A stretch of 32,795 nt of DNA from a virus (Duplodnaviria; Heunggongvirae; Uroviricota; Caudoviricetes), in IMG/VR virus record IMGVR_UViG_3300035703_000003; one strand, given 5' to 3'. A model generated the notes under the pieces. It saw only the letters and a list, made by a program, of their open reading frames with translations. It ran no database searches and had not been told where the DNA came from. Shown one piece after another: positions 9,904 through 18,935 of this stretch. Each line of letters opens with the position of its first letter. The stretch's first letter is position 1. A program made the translations under genes and the position numbers.

Positions 9904-10226
9904 GACATTCTTTTCTTTAATTGGTTGTTAGCTAATTTGCTAACTGTTGCTTTGTCTTTATCTGCATCGGCGTTTGGAGAATCAGGAACCGCTGTATCTA
10001 AAGTAACTTCAGTGTCAGATGCTGCACCAACACTTTTTATATTTTTTAACAAGCTCTTTAAGCTAATCATATCTATACTATAACCCATTGATTCTAGTTT
10101 AGATAAAACAGATGGTGTATTGAGTTTAGTATATCCACGAGCTTTTGCTCGAGTGATTAATTCCTCAAGATCATTGGCAATATCACCTTGCTCAACTGTG
10201 GATTCAACTAAATCTGAAAATCTCAT
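9900..10226 (-). CDS. hypothetical protein (108 aa), CTS-like N-terminus
   Basis: Begins MRFSDLVE; overlapping stop/start with neighbours. Confidence 0.7.
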   Translation of the reverse strand: MRFSDLVESTVEQGDIANDLEELITRAKARGYTKLNTPSVLSKLESMGYSIDMISLKSLLKNIKSVGAASDTEVTLDTAVPDSPNADADKDKATVSKLANNQLKKRMS

Positions 10227-11059
10227 CTTAACTGCTTTAATAACTTTTCTAGTTGTGGTCTTGTGTAACCTGCTGCTCTGGCTGCTTCTAACACTCTTTT
10301 CTTAGCATTAACAACTCTTTGCTCTTTAAGTGCGTCTCTTTCCATGCGGTCCATAACACTTTCTGCTTTTAGTTCACGTCCAACTGAGTTGTCTGCACCA
10401 GCGGCAGCATCATCGCCTTCGAAGTCATCGCCCATATCTATATCTTCAGGTGCTGCTGGACCCATGTCAGTTGGAGCAGGTGCATTAACTGGCTTACCTT
10501 GTGCTTGAAGCGTAGCATTTTCAAGTGATTCTTTGGTTGCTTTTAATTGATCTAGCAATGAACCTAGTGCCGAATCTGCTGCACTGTTGTATTGTTCTGC
10601 AACATCAAAACCAATTTGTTCTTTCATTGCATCAGTGATAGGCATCAATTCCTGGACTTGCATTGCCGCAACATCTTCTACCATTTTTTGTAGTTTGTCA
10701 ACAAGCTCTTGTGCTGCTAGTAGAACCTCGGCTTGTGCCAAGTCTTGTTCCATTAGTCTCTTGCTTTCCATTGTTTTCTTTTTCATAGCTTTTCCATCTT
10801 TTCTCGCTGGTGCAACTTCATTGATATATGTTCGTAATGAGTGTGCAATTAGATTTAGTTTATTGTATTGTGCATTTTCCCAATACTGAAAATCGCTTTC
10901 TTTAATAGCTTCTATTTTTGCATTGGTTGTTCTTAGCATACGATGCAATGCATCGGTGCTCATTTCTGATAATTTTACATTATGCCCAAATGTGCTAGCA
11001 AGAACACTATTAATTTTTTGGACATTATGTTTTGATGAATTTAAGTCATTTAAATACAT
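10223..11059 (-). CDS. putative head scaffold/core-like protein (278 aa)
   Basis: Helical, acidic, with a Pro/Asp-rich linker; exact TATAAATA late promoter upstream; function inferred only. Confidence 0.5.
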   Translation of the reverse strand: MYLNDLNSSKHNVQKINSVLASTFGHNVKLSEMSTDALHRMLRTTNAKIEAIKESDFQYWENAQYNKLNLIAHSLRTYINEVAPARKDGKAMKKKTMESKRLMEQDLAQAEVLLAAQELVDKLQKMVEDVAAMQVQELMPITDAMKEQIGFDVAEQYNSAADSALGSLLDQLKATKESLENATLQAQGKPVNAPAPTDMGPAAPEDIDMGDDFEGDDAAAGADNSVGRELKAESVMDRMERDALKEQRVVNAKKRVLEAARAAGYTRPQLEKLLKQLR

Positions 11060-11086
11060 GATAGTGGTTCCTGATCTGTTATAGTA

Positions 11087-11094
11087 TATTTATA
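11087..11094 (-). promoter_or_regulatory. T4-type late promoter TATAAATA
   Basis: Exact match ~28 nt upstream of the ATG at 11059. TAAATA cores also precede genes starting at 749, 3361, 8559, 12662, 16020 and 19704. Confidence 0.7.
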
Positions 11095-11572
11095 GTTTTC
11101 TAATAATTTTTTGTTTCGCTTCTTTCAACTTACGAGTTGCATTATCTATTTTAGCTAAACTTATGTCTTCGGATAAATGTGTTTTACTTTTGTGCATATA
11201 CACTTCATATAACGCATTGCAATATTCCATGTCGTGTGTTTCTAATTCAGCTATTGTATTTACTTTGCCAAGAATATATGCTTTTGTCATAGCAAGTGCG
11301 GTTTCAAATAATCCTAATTCTTCTTGCAATGTTTCGTTAATTTCAGTATCTATTATATTGTAAAACTTCTTCTTACGACCTGCAAACTCGTGTTCTACTA
11401 TATCGATTCTATAATTTTGAACTTCTACACTATTCTCTTTTACAGTTTGTGTCATTGCTATTGCAAGTTCAACATCCTTCAATGCTTCTTTTGCCAAGTC
11501 ATCAACAGTTTCACGCAACTGCTTATCAATTGCGTGACTCAACTTATCCAGTTCTTTTAGTAAGTCTTTCAT
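11090..11572 (-). CDS. hypothetical protein (160 aa)
   Basis: ORF in a tightly packed operon (TAATG overlap). Confidence 0.7.
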   Translation of the reverse strand: MKDLLKELDKLSHAIDKQLRETVDDLAKEALKDVELAIAMTQTVKENSVEVQNYRIDIVEHEFAGRKKKFYNIIDTEINETLQEELGLFETALAMTKAYILGKVNTIAELETHDMEYCNALYEVYMHKSKTHLSEDISLAKIDNATRKLKEAKQKIIRKL

Positions 11573-11799
11573 TATTCCCTACTTAGATTGTTAACATTTA
11601 ATTTGTAATTAACCGATTTACGATCTACAACTTTGTCTAGCACGCCTCTGCTTACAAGTGTTTGTGCAATATATTCATCACGTTCGTTTAGATCTTTTTT
11701 GTCTAAGAGGTCATTGCCAGTAAAGTGTTCTTCTAGGAATTTACTTTCTCTGCTATTAATCCATGTATGAAAGCCACCTTTTGTTACAAATGTTTTCAT
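11572..11799 (-). CDS. hypothetical protein (75 aa)
   Basis: ORF with overlapping start/stop on both sides. Confidence 0.7.
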   Translation of the reverse strand: MKTFVTKGGFHTWINSRESKFLEEHFTGNDLLDKKDLNERDEYIAQTLVSRGVLDKVVDRKSVNYKLNVNNLSRE

Positions 11800-12071
11800 T
11801 GTTGCTTTCCTTGATTTTGTAGCTCTTGTTGTTGTTGCATATATGCACGGTTGGGAATACCAGTAGGAGCATATTGTTTACGCTTTTGGCTGTGAAATTG
11901 ATGTGCGGCAGCTATGTTAGCTTCGTCGTTAGCATTTTTATTATCATTGTTTGCACGTTTATTTTGGTTTGCAGGATCACCAGACTGTTGTTGCCTTGCC
12001 GCAGCTTTAGTAAGACCTGGTCCAGGCTCGCCCCTTAATCCATATGCTTCAACAATATCACTAACTTTCAT
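11796..12071 (-). CDS. hypothetical Q/N-rich protein (91 aa), CTS-like N-terminus
   Basis: Begins MKVSDIVE; operon packing. Confidence 0.65.
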   Translation of the reverse strand: MKVSDIVEAYGLRGEPGPGLTKAAARQQQSGDPANQNKRANNDNKNANDEANIAAAHQFHSQKRKQYAPTGIPNRAYMQQQQELQNQGKQQ

Positions 12072-12072
12072 T

Positions 12073-12360
12073 TTATTTCACCTTATTAAGTTTACGGACT
12101 GCAATACTTGCTGGATTAAATCGCTTTGTAAACTTTGCTTTCTTTTGTAATCTAACACCCATTTTTGCTTTAGTTCTGCGTAGAACAAATTGTTTTTTCA
12201 AATCTACTGGTTGTGTGCATTGTCCAGGGTTACTAACTAATCTACCCGATCTGTGCCCGACGCTGCAACGATATTTTCTTGACAAGGACTTGCCTTTACG
12301 AGCCCAGACTAGCTGTGCTTCTACAATTGGGCTGTTTGGTGCTAAATCATTTAAATCCAT
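12073..12360 (-). CDS. small basic protein (95 aa)
   Basis: K/R-rich after MDLNDL...PIVE; operon packing. Confidence 0.7.
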   Translation of the reverse strand: MDLNDLAPNSPIVEAQLVWARKGKSLSRKYRCSVGHRSGRLVSNPGQCTQPVDLKKQFVLRRTKAKMGVRLQKKAKFTKRFNPASIAVRKLNKVK

Positions 12361-12377
12361 ACAACTATTTATTAAAA

Positions 12378-12662
12378 TTACATGCTCATTAATATAGTAA
12401 CAATAACTGTTAGTATACCTGCAACTACGCTAGCTGCAGCACCTAGTAATATCTTATTAGTTGTTTGATTTTGTTTGAGGTTATCTTCACGCATTTGTGA
12501 AAATGCTTTGATGCCTTCTTCACGTAAATTAGTGACTTTGTCTTCTATGTTATCTAAACGATCACTGATATTTTTTACTTTTTCTTCCAAGACACGATAT
12601 CTCTCAGCGCATAGGTCAACATGTGCTTCCAGGTTTGTTTTTTCTAGTGTAGTAACCGACAT
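12378..12662 (-). CDS. coiled-coil protein with C-terminal TM helix (XhlA/holin-like architecture)
   Basis: Heptad coiled coil followed by ILLGAAASVVAGILTVIVTILM. Confidence 0.55.
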   Translation of the reverse strand: MSVTTLEKTNLEAHVDLCAERYRVLEEKVKNISDRLDNIEDKVTNLREEGIKAFSQMREDNLKQNQTTNKILLGAAASVVAGILTVIVTILMSM

Positions 12663-12767
12663 GGTTCACTGCCTACTTCTTCATTAGCTTCTAGCTAATT
12701 TGTTTATAGGAGCCTTAGATATTGTGCCTGGTGTTATGCCTATTTTATCAATATATTTATTACGATA

Positions 12768-13184
12768 CTAACTATTTAAAAAGTATAAGTTTATACTATT
12801 TTTATTTTTAGTTTCGAATGTGCTACGTTTAAACTTTACAGTCTCATTTAATTTAGATACAAATGCAGCACCGTCACTATCTTCTTTTAAAAAATAAACA
12901 GTATCTTCATTATGTTTATAAACATCCGTATGCTCTGATGCAAAGTTAAGTTTCCATACAGTATGTAGTCCTGAAAATTGTTTTCCAAAGCTAAAATTAA
13001 CTAAATCTTGTGTCGATAATGCAGTCACGTATATATTAATAGGTTGACTACGCATACCTATTAGCTGTAATAATGTGTTTAAATTCTGTTGTTGATTATA
13101 ACTTTTTGTATCTGATGTTCGACTGTTAAAAACATTTGTTTCTGTAATATCAACTAACGTGTATGCAGTAAATTGTTGTATCAA
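12768..13184 (-). CDS. hypothetical protein (138 aa)
   Basis: ORF with TTG start, co-oriented. Confidence 0.65.
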   Translation of the reverse strand: MIQQFTAYTLVDITETNVFNSRTSDTKSYNQQQNLNTLLQLIGMRSQPINIYVTALSTQDLVNFSFGKQFSGLHTVWKLNFASEHTDVYKHNEDTVYFLKEDSDGAAFVSKLNETVKFKRSTFETKNKNSINLYFLNS

Positions 13185-13199
13185 TAGTTAACCTGTGAT

Positions 13200-13940
13200 T
13201 TATTTCCCGATTATCCGAGTTGCTAAATTACTAAACGGAGAAATAGACAATCTCGGTTTTTCTGCATTTTTAACGTTTTTCAATTCTAAGTTCTGTGACT
13301 TAGCATAAGCATCTAATACTTGATATAATTCGCTGCGTATTGCTGTTGTTCTATAAAATTGTAATAATCGAGTAACTACTAATTTTTTTTGAGTGTTATC
13401 TAAATTTGACCAATTTACAATCAGTCTTCTTAAATCTTTGTAATTAGAATTAGTAATGTCAAAGCTTCGCTCTAGCAAAAAGAAAAACGGATTTAAACCT
13501 GGGTAACTAGTGCCGTTACTTAACTTAATCAAATAATCTTTAATTTTATTATAAGGAACATTTAACTTATTCAATTGAATAGCTGCATGATTTCCGCCGG
13601 AAACATTCTTTGTTAAAATGCTGTTTAGTGCAATATATAAATCAGTTCCAGCTTGCTGATAATTATTAAAATTTTGATATTGTATTGTTTTTGCAGCATA
13701 TGCTTGCGCTAGTGGTGCAGTCTCATATTCGTTAAATAGAAGCTCTAATGTTAACATGTTAATAAACGCAAAATCAATCATATATCTAGCATCAGTAGTT
13801 TGCACTTGTTGACGAGTTCTAAAAAGAGTGCTTTCGTTTAAATCATTGATAAAATTTAATGGTAATGAAGATTCGCTTTCTTCAATTACATGACCGCCCG
13901 ACATTTGTGCATATTCTTTTGCTGTATATCTTTGCTCCAT
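13200..13940 (-). CDS. hypothetical helical protein (246 aa), downstream of the ligase-like gene
   Basis: Start reassigned to MEQRYTAKEYAQMSGGH (ATG 13940), 13 nt after the upstream stop. Confidence 0.7.
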   Translation of the reverse strand: MEQRYTAKEYAQMSGGHVIEESESSLPLNFINDLNESTLFRTRQQVQTTDARYMIDFAFINMLTLELLFNEYETAPLAQAYAAKTIQYQNFNNYQQAGTDLYIALNSILTKNVSGGNHAAIQLNKLNVPYNKIKDYLIKLSNGTSYPGLNPFFFLLERSFDITNSNYKDLRRLIVNWSNLDNTQKKLVVTRLLQFYRTTAIRSELYQVLDAYAKSQNLELKNVKNAEKPRLSISPFSNLATRIIGK

Positions 13941-13953
13941 AACAATATTTACC

Positions 13954-15030
13954 TTAGCTTGGAGTCCAACGATGGCGTGGAACAAGTTTAACTTTTTCTG
14001 TGTTTGCTGCATAACCTTCTCCGCCGGGCTGACCGTCTGTGGTAGCGGTGATATCTGCAGTTTGTTGATCTAACTGATCGATTATGTCATTCTTTACGCT
14101 TTGGACTTTTAATACCAAGTCAAAGAGCAAGGGAATAGACTTGCTCTCTGGCATTGCTAAAATTTTTGCTTGCTTTTGTGGACTTACTTTACTTGTCTTT
14201 AACCAATCAGTGAACCCAGTTGCCAGTTCTTTTAATCTGCCTGCTCTACTCATTTGATTAACATAAGTGTAAATGATATTTTTCATATCGCTTAGACCTT
14301 GCTGCGGTGCAAGTAAGCTATCAATTTCGTTTGCATGTGTATTTGCTAACGAAACAATTTCACTAACTGCACTAGTGTCTATCTTAGTTTGATATGATGT
14401 AATTCTAGAATTCAATACAATAGCATCCGACGAGTTCAACGCAGACACATCATTTAACGGAACACCTTCCGCATCTCCGAAATTTTTATAATATAAGTGT
14501 GCAGCAATACCTACACTACTGTTAGCAACTCGCTTACCTAAATCACTTTGTGGATTAACAGTATATGTTACTTTGTTTGGTGTGAATGAAATACCTGCGT
14601 CGGTAGTAGTAAAAGGTTCGCCTGGATACCATAGCAAATCTCCAAATGCATAACCTTTAAAATTAGCAGGAGTATTGCGTTCCATTATAGCAAACACTTG
14701 TGCCATATCGGCACCTAGTTTTTGTCTCCAGTCCTCACCTTTGCCTGCTGTAGTGATTGCGGTTTGCATTTCGTCAGGTGAAGTATATTTGTCTTTACCC
14801 CAACCGTTTTTACCTACTAAAACAAATGTGCCGTCTGGTTCACGCCCCCAATAAACAGCAATACGTCCGTCCCATTTGATGTTAAGTGCTGTTGCTCCGC
14901 TGCCCATATCTTGTAATATTTTTGCAGCTTGCAATGCACCTTGACTGCCGTCAACGAAAACCAAATCTTCTAAGTGTTGCCACTCACGACCTACTTTAGC
15001 AGCTTCGAATAAAAAGTCAGATGCTCTCAT
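13954..15030 (-). CDS. RNA-ligase-like covalent nucleotidyltransferase (probably DUF6267-like)
   Basis: HLEDL, motif I KWDG, motif III-like FGDLLW, motif IV EGYAA, motif V KVKLV.R; start reassigned to MRASDFLFE (ATGA overlap). Confidence 0.65.
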   Translation of the reverse strand: MRASDFLFEAAKVGREWQHLEDLVFVDGSQGALQAAKILQDMGSGATALNIKWDGRIAVYWGREPDGTFVLVGKNGWGKDKYTSPDEMQTAITTAGKGEDWRQKLGADMAQVFAIMERNTPANFKGYAFGDLLWYPGEPFTTTDAGISFTPNKVTYTVNPQSDLGKRVANSSVGIAAHLYYKNFGDAEGVPLNDVSALNSSDAIVLNSRITSYQTKIDTSAVSEIVSLANTHANEIDSLLAPQQGLSDMKNIIYTYVNQMSRAGRLKELATGFTDWLKTSKVSPQKQAKILAMPESKSIPLLFDLVLKVQSVKNDIIDQLDQQTADITATTDGQPGGEGYAANTEKVKLVPRHRWTPS

Positions 15031-15788
15031 GACAACTCTTTCCAATTAGTATCTGTTCTTAGATCAGCTAGCATTTGTTGACCGTTATCTGGCAATGCGT
15101 TCATTATAGCTTCGACACTGCCCAAGTCGTTTGCAGTTGCAGTAGGACCTAACAATATCTTAGCAACATCATTTATATCCTTAGACACCATGCTGTCATC
15201 TTCACGACGCAATAGACCTTTGAACCCACTCCACTTTAATCCTTTTTGTTTTGCAAGATAAGACATTGCAATATGTTTATTAACACCTTTAAAAGGACTA
15301 CCTTGTGGAATAGCGTGTGTATGGAATTTAGAAACATCTGCTGCATCAGGTACAACCATAATGTCAACTTGATGCGAGTGATCTTCCATTGGCACTCTAA
15401 CATGAACACTAACACCGCTTTGACCTGTTTGCAATCCTGCAAGGTCAAATACTTGTCGTAATTGTTTTCTTATTAATTTTGGATCTTGTAATTTGAATTC
15501 ACGGGCTAGTGTATCTTGATCAACGATTAAATCTAAATCGCCGCTTACTTTTCCTGGTGTGGGTGTTGCGCCACTACCAATAGGAATAGCAGTTGCTCCT
15601 GTTTGTGAAAGCACTTTATTGACAGTAGCAATAATATTAGGAATCATTTCATGTGCAAAAGGTTGTGCATCAGCGAAGACATTACCGCCTTCTCTAATTA
15701 TTAACTCTTTTTGAAGCAGACGTTTAACTCGTGGACCTCGTCCTGCCCTACGCTTCGTTGTCCCACTTAGGATGTCTTTTATCTTCAA
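15027..15788 (-). CDS. Pol-beta superfamily (PolX-like) nucleotidyltransferase
   Basis: IGSG...SGDLDLIVD (GS, DxD), third Asp in QVDIMVV, PolX-like thumb YLAKQKGLKWSGFKGL; probable TTG start giving MKIKDIL (track starts at 15842). Confidence 0.7.
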   Translation of the reverse strand: MKIKDILSGTTKRRAGRGPRVKRLLQKELIIREGGNVFADAQPFAHEMIPNIIATVNKVLSQTGATAIPIGSGATPTPGKVSGDLDLIVDQDTLAREFKLQDPKLIRKQLRQVFDLAGLQTGQSGVSVHVRVPMEDHSHQVDIMVVPDAADVSKFHTHAIPQGSPFKGVNKHIAMSYLAKQKGLKWSGFKGLLRREDDSMVSKDINDVAKILLGPTATANDLGSVEAIMNALPDNGQQMLADLRTDTNWKELS

Positions 15789-16020
15789 TTTTTGCCATTC
15801 CTCTACTAAACTTTTTAGGATCCTGTAATCGAATACTAGCAAGCAATCGTTTGTTTAAATCTTCGGCAACCTCAGGATCGAAACTTTCATTAATCAACTT
15901 TATTAGATTAATTGCCGTAACAATAACTTGTTGTGCATTAGATTCAACAATTTGCTTTTTATCCCGTTTGGGGGACATTGCATTAATTTCTTCTAAAATG
16001 GATCTTGTATTTTTCTTCAT
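15748..16020 (-). CDS. hypothetical protein (90 aa)
   Basis: ATG 8 nt after TAAATA; first gene of the NTase/ligase operon. Confidence 0.7.
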   Translation of the reverse strand: MKKNTRSILEEINAMSPKRDKKQIVESNAQQVIVTAINLIKLINESFDPEVAEDLNKRLLASIRLQDPKKFSRGMAKIEDKRHPKWDNEA

Positions 16021-16028
16021 TATAACAC

Positions 16029-16053
16029 TATTTAGCGGTTTAGTTGGTAAATA
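16029..16053. promoter_or_regulatory. divergent pair of TAAATA late-promoter cores
   Basis: TAAATA on - at 16029-16034 and on + at 16048-16053. Confidence 0.45.
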
Positions 16054-16283
16054 TTTTAAGCTGAAGCATTGATGATCAGCACTTATGGCATTTGCAGAAA
16101 TTCGGATAACTGGACAACAGATTCATTGCTTATAAGAACTAGAACATCAATGACAGGCGAGCAAAACACAGGCTTACAATTTGGCACACACAGGCTCATA
16201 CTTATTGACTCCGTTTGGCACTGCTCGTCGTTCAGAATCATATATAGATAAAGATAAGGTCAACAACATCTTTGCTTCAGCAC

Positions 16284-17681
16284 TTATTCTCTTCGTTTAA
16301 GCAGACTTTTTAGTTTATCTGTATTGACGTTAGAATGCGTCATTACAGGTGCTGCAGGTTGTGCAGCTTGCTCTCCTGGTGTGATAGAGCTTTTAGTTTT
16401 TAGCTTTTGGTAAATGCTAGTTACTTGATTTTCGCCGCTATCTTGTTCATCTTCATCAAGGTCTGTAATACGCAACGTTTCCATGTTGTATCCTAAATCC
16501 AACTTAGTCCCTACACCGCTGCTACTACGTGTTTTCATAAACTGAATTTGAACACGACCACGTTCACGCATAGCACGACTACTAAAGATACCGATCAAGT
16601 TATCTGCAGTGTTGATCTTAGAAATACCACCTGCGATATGGCTATGGTCAAATTCAATCTCATCAACTGCACTACGGTTTAGCTGCGATGCTGTAACGAA
16701 CAGTATGTGCAATTCAATTGCTAAGTTACGCAATTCTTCCGATACATACTTGTCCTTAATAAACTGGTCACTTGGATTTACTTTTACACTAACAGGCATC
16801 ATAAGGTCTAGATAGTCAACAAACAATGCATCTACTTTGATACGCTTTTGTATCTGGTATTCTTTAATATATGCACGTATGTCGTTAACAGTTGCGCCGT
16901 TAGGCATTTGAATGATTTGTAAAATGCCTGCTTTTTTAGATGCTATTTTAACCTTAAGTTCTACATCCTCTGGGTTACGCATAACATTAACGGTGCTCAT
17001 GTTTGTAAGCATAGCGTCTAGTCGCATCGAACAAAGTTCTTCGCTAAGTTCAAGACTTACGTAAACAACGTTTTTACCTTGTAACGCCCAATTCAATGCC
17101 ATGTTCTGCATGAATAGCGATTTACCAGAACCAGAACCGCCAGCAAAGATGTTTAGTTCACCTGGGTTAAATCCACCATATAAAATTTTATCGAGGCTTG
17201 CCCAGCCTGTGCTGTTTTGTCCTCTGTTGTCTTTAATCTTCTGAATACGTCCAGCAGGATCGTCCCAATAGTTAAGACCAAAGTTTTTAGCAAGTCCAAT
17301 ACCTACTGCATCTTTGATAAGTTGTTCTACTGCACCATACTCGTGTTTTTCTAATTTATCGGCACTTTGTAAGATTGCATTTTCTAACGCTTTATGTCTA
17401 CAGAATTTTTCGTATTCATCCATAAACCATTTTTTATGGTCATCGGTAACTTTGCCTGAAATGTCATCAAACTGATGTTGTGTTTTTGCTTTAATTTGTT
17501 CTAGTGTAGGAAGATCGTTATACTTCCTTACATGTTCATCCATAAAATCTATAGTAGGCTGATACTTCCTAGAAAAATACTTTGGATTAGTAATAGCGTT
17601 ACACCGAACATACAAGTCCTTTTCTGCTAGTAAAAATTCAATGTATAACTTTTGCAGATCGTCTGTATATTCTTCACTCAT
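16284..17681 (-). CDS. replicative DNA helicase (DnaB/T4 gp41-like)
   Basis: GGSGSGKS Walker A, SLEL, VDYLDL, TASQLNR, KINTAD, KTR motifs. Confidence 0.95.
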   Translation of the reverse strand: MSEEYTDDLQKLYIEFLLAEKDLYVRCNAITNPKYFSRKYQPTIDFMDEHVRKYNDLPTLEQIKAKTQHQFDDISGKVTDDHKKWFMDEYEKFCRHKALENAILQSADKLEKHEYGAVEQLIKDAVGIGLAKNFGLNYWDDPAGRIQKIKDNRGQNSTGWASLDKILYGGFNPGELNIFAGGSGSGKSLFMQNMALNWALQGKNVVYVSLELSEELCSMRLDAMLTNMSTVNVMRNPEDVELKVKIASKKAGILQIIQMPNGATVNDIRAYIKEYQIQKRIKVDALFVDYLDLMMPVSVKVNPSDQFIKDKYVSEELRNLAIELHILFVTASQLNRSAVDEIEFDHSHIAGGISKINTADNLIGIFSSRAMRERGRVQIQFMKTRSSSGVGTKLDLGYNMETLRITDLDEDEQDSGENQVTSIYQKLKTKSSITPGEQAAQPAAPVMTHSNVNTDKLKSLLKRRE

Positions 17682-17887
17682 CTTGATAACTTCCTAACAA
17701 CGTATTCGTCTACTGACAAATTCTCATAATGCAACATTCTTATCATTGTGTTAATAGATATAAAATTAACTACTTCGTAATAATTTGTCAACCAAACAAA
17801 TTTACCCGACGCTAACTTAATAGGTATCCACGCAAACTTTTTATTTTCTTCTACTGTTACATTAGTTATGGCACTTATATGTTTCAT
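17678..17887 (-). CDS. hypothetical protein (69 aa)
   Basis: ATGA overlaps with primase and helicase. Confidence 0.6.
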   Translation of the reverse strand: MKHISAITNVTVEENKKFAWIPIKLASGKFVWLTNYYEVVNFISINTMIRMLHYENLSVDEYVVRKLSR

Positions 17888-18900
17888 TTACAATGTTGTT
17901 TTGCAAGTATTTGGATCTTTGTGCTGCTAGTTTCTGCACTGTCCAAGATACTACGCACGGTGAACAATCTGCCATATTTTGCAACTGCTTCACCTGCGTC
18001 TTTACAATTTTCCCATGGCGGAAAACTAACACTCCAACCACGTTTAACTGCAACCTTTACTGTTTCCAAACCAGGCTTATCAAAGTCTGGTAGTAGGATA
18101 ATTTGTTTATCTAGCTGGTCAATGATACTGCATTGGGTAGCATTGGGTGTATTGCCGTTCAGTGCAATGCCTCCAACTAGTAGCGCATCTAACTGTCCTT
18201 CAGTGACAATTACATAATCATGTGTTGTCTGTGCATCTAGATTATACACAAAGTTTTTAGGACTTTGAAGAAAGTATTTTGGTGTCTCTAATGGACGATC
18301 AGGTAGTGTCCAACGAGCCGTATAACCCACAATTGTATTATTATGATAAAACGGTAAGATAACCCTATTAGCAAAATGGCTATGAGACGACCAGTGCCAC
18401 TTATCATAAAAGTCTAGACTGCGAGCTGAGATATATTCACATGCAATGATAAACTTTTCTAATTGTTTATCATCTAGTTCTGACGTATCAACATCTTGCA
18501 GCAACTTTGAATATGGAGGTAGTTCGTGTTCTTTCCAATATACTTTTACTTGCTCGACTGTAGCAACAGGTAGAAACTGTTTTGCAATGTTTTCTGTTTC
18601 TGCTTGCTTGAGCAACTCAAAGTTGACTCTTTGCACTTGTGCAGGATCTGTTCCAAACTTAACTAACAGATCTTTAAGGCGATCATTAATTCGTTTGCCC
18701 GGGCTCCAGCCTGTTTTGTAGCCGCAGTTAAAACAATTGTATTGAAATTTATCGTCAACAAACATAATACCGCCTCTACGACGAGTATCGGAACGGTGAC
18801 CACGAGTGGCACACATTGGACAGTTTCCACTGATCCAACCGCTTGGCGTTTGCCGCCAGCCGTGTGGTATTTGCTGTCGAATAAATTCTAAGGCTGTCAT
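17884..18900 (-). CDS. DNA primase (gp61/DnaG-like)
   Basis: Zn finger CPMC...CFNC; TOPRIM VTEGQLDA...PDFDKPG. Confidence 0.92.
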   Translation of the reverse strand: MTALEFIRQQIPHGWRQTPSGWISGNCPMCATRGHRSDTRRRGGIMFVDDKFQYNCFNCGYKTGWSPGKRINDRLKDLLVKFGTDPAQVQRVNFELLKQAETENIAKQFLPVATVEQVKVYWKEHELPPYSKLLQDVDTSELDDKQLEKFIIACEYISARSLDFYDKWHWSSHSHFANRVILPFYHNNTIVGYTARWTLPDRPLETPKYFLQSPKNFVYNLDAQTTHDYVIVTEGQLDALLVGGIALNGNTPNATQCSIIDQLDKQIILLPDFDKPGLETVKVAVKRGWSVSFPPWENCKDAGEAVAKYGRLFTVRSILDSAETSSTKIQILAKQHCK

Positions 18901-18906
18901 ATAGTA

Positions 18907-18935
18907 ATATTAGTTTCTATAAAGAACTTTGTCAA
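18907..18935 (-). promoter_or_regulatory. sigma70-type promoter for primase-helicase
   Basis: TTGACA-17 nt-TAATAT. Confidence 0.6.

Noticed and set aside
16069-16251. 60-aa plus-strand ORF after a late promoter
   Set aside because: No RBS and no recognisable motif; kept only as an alternative explanation in the intergenic-repeat finding.
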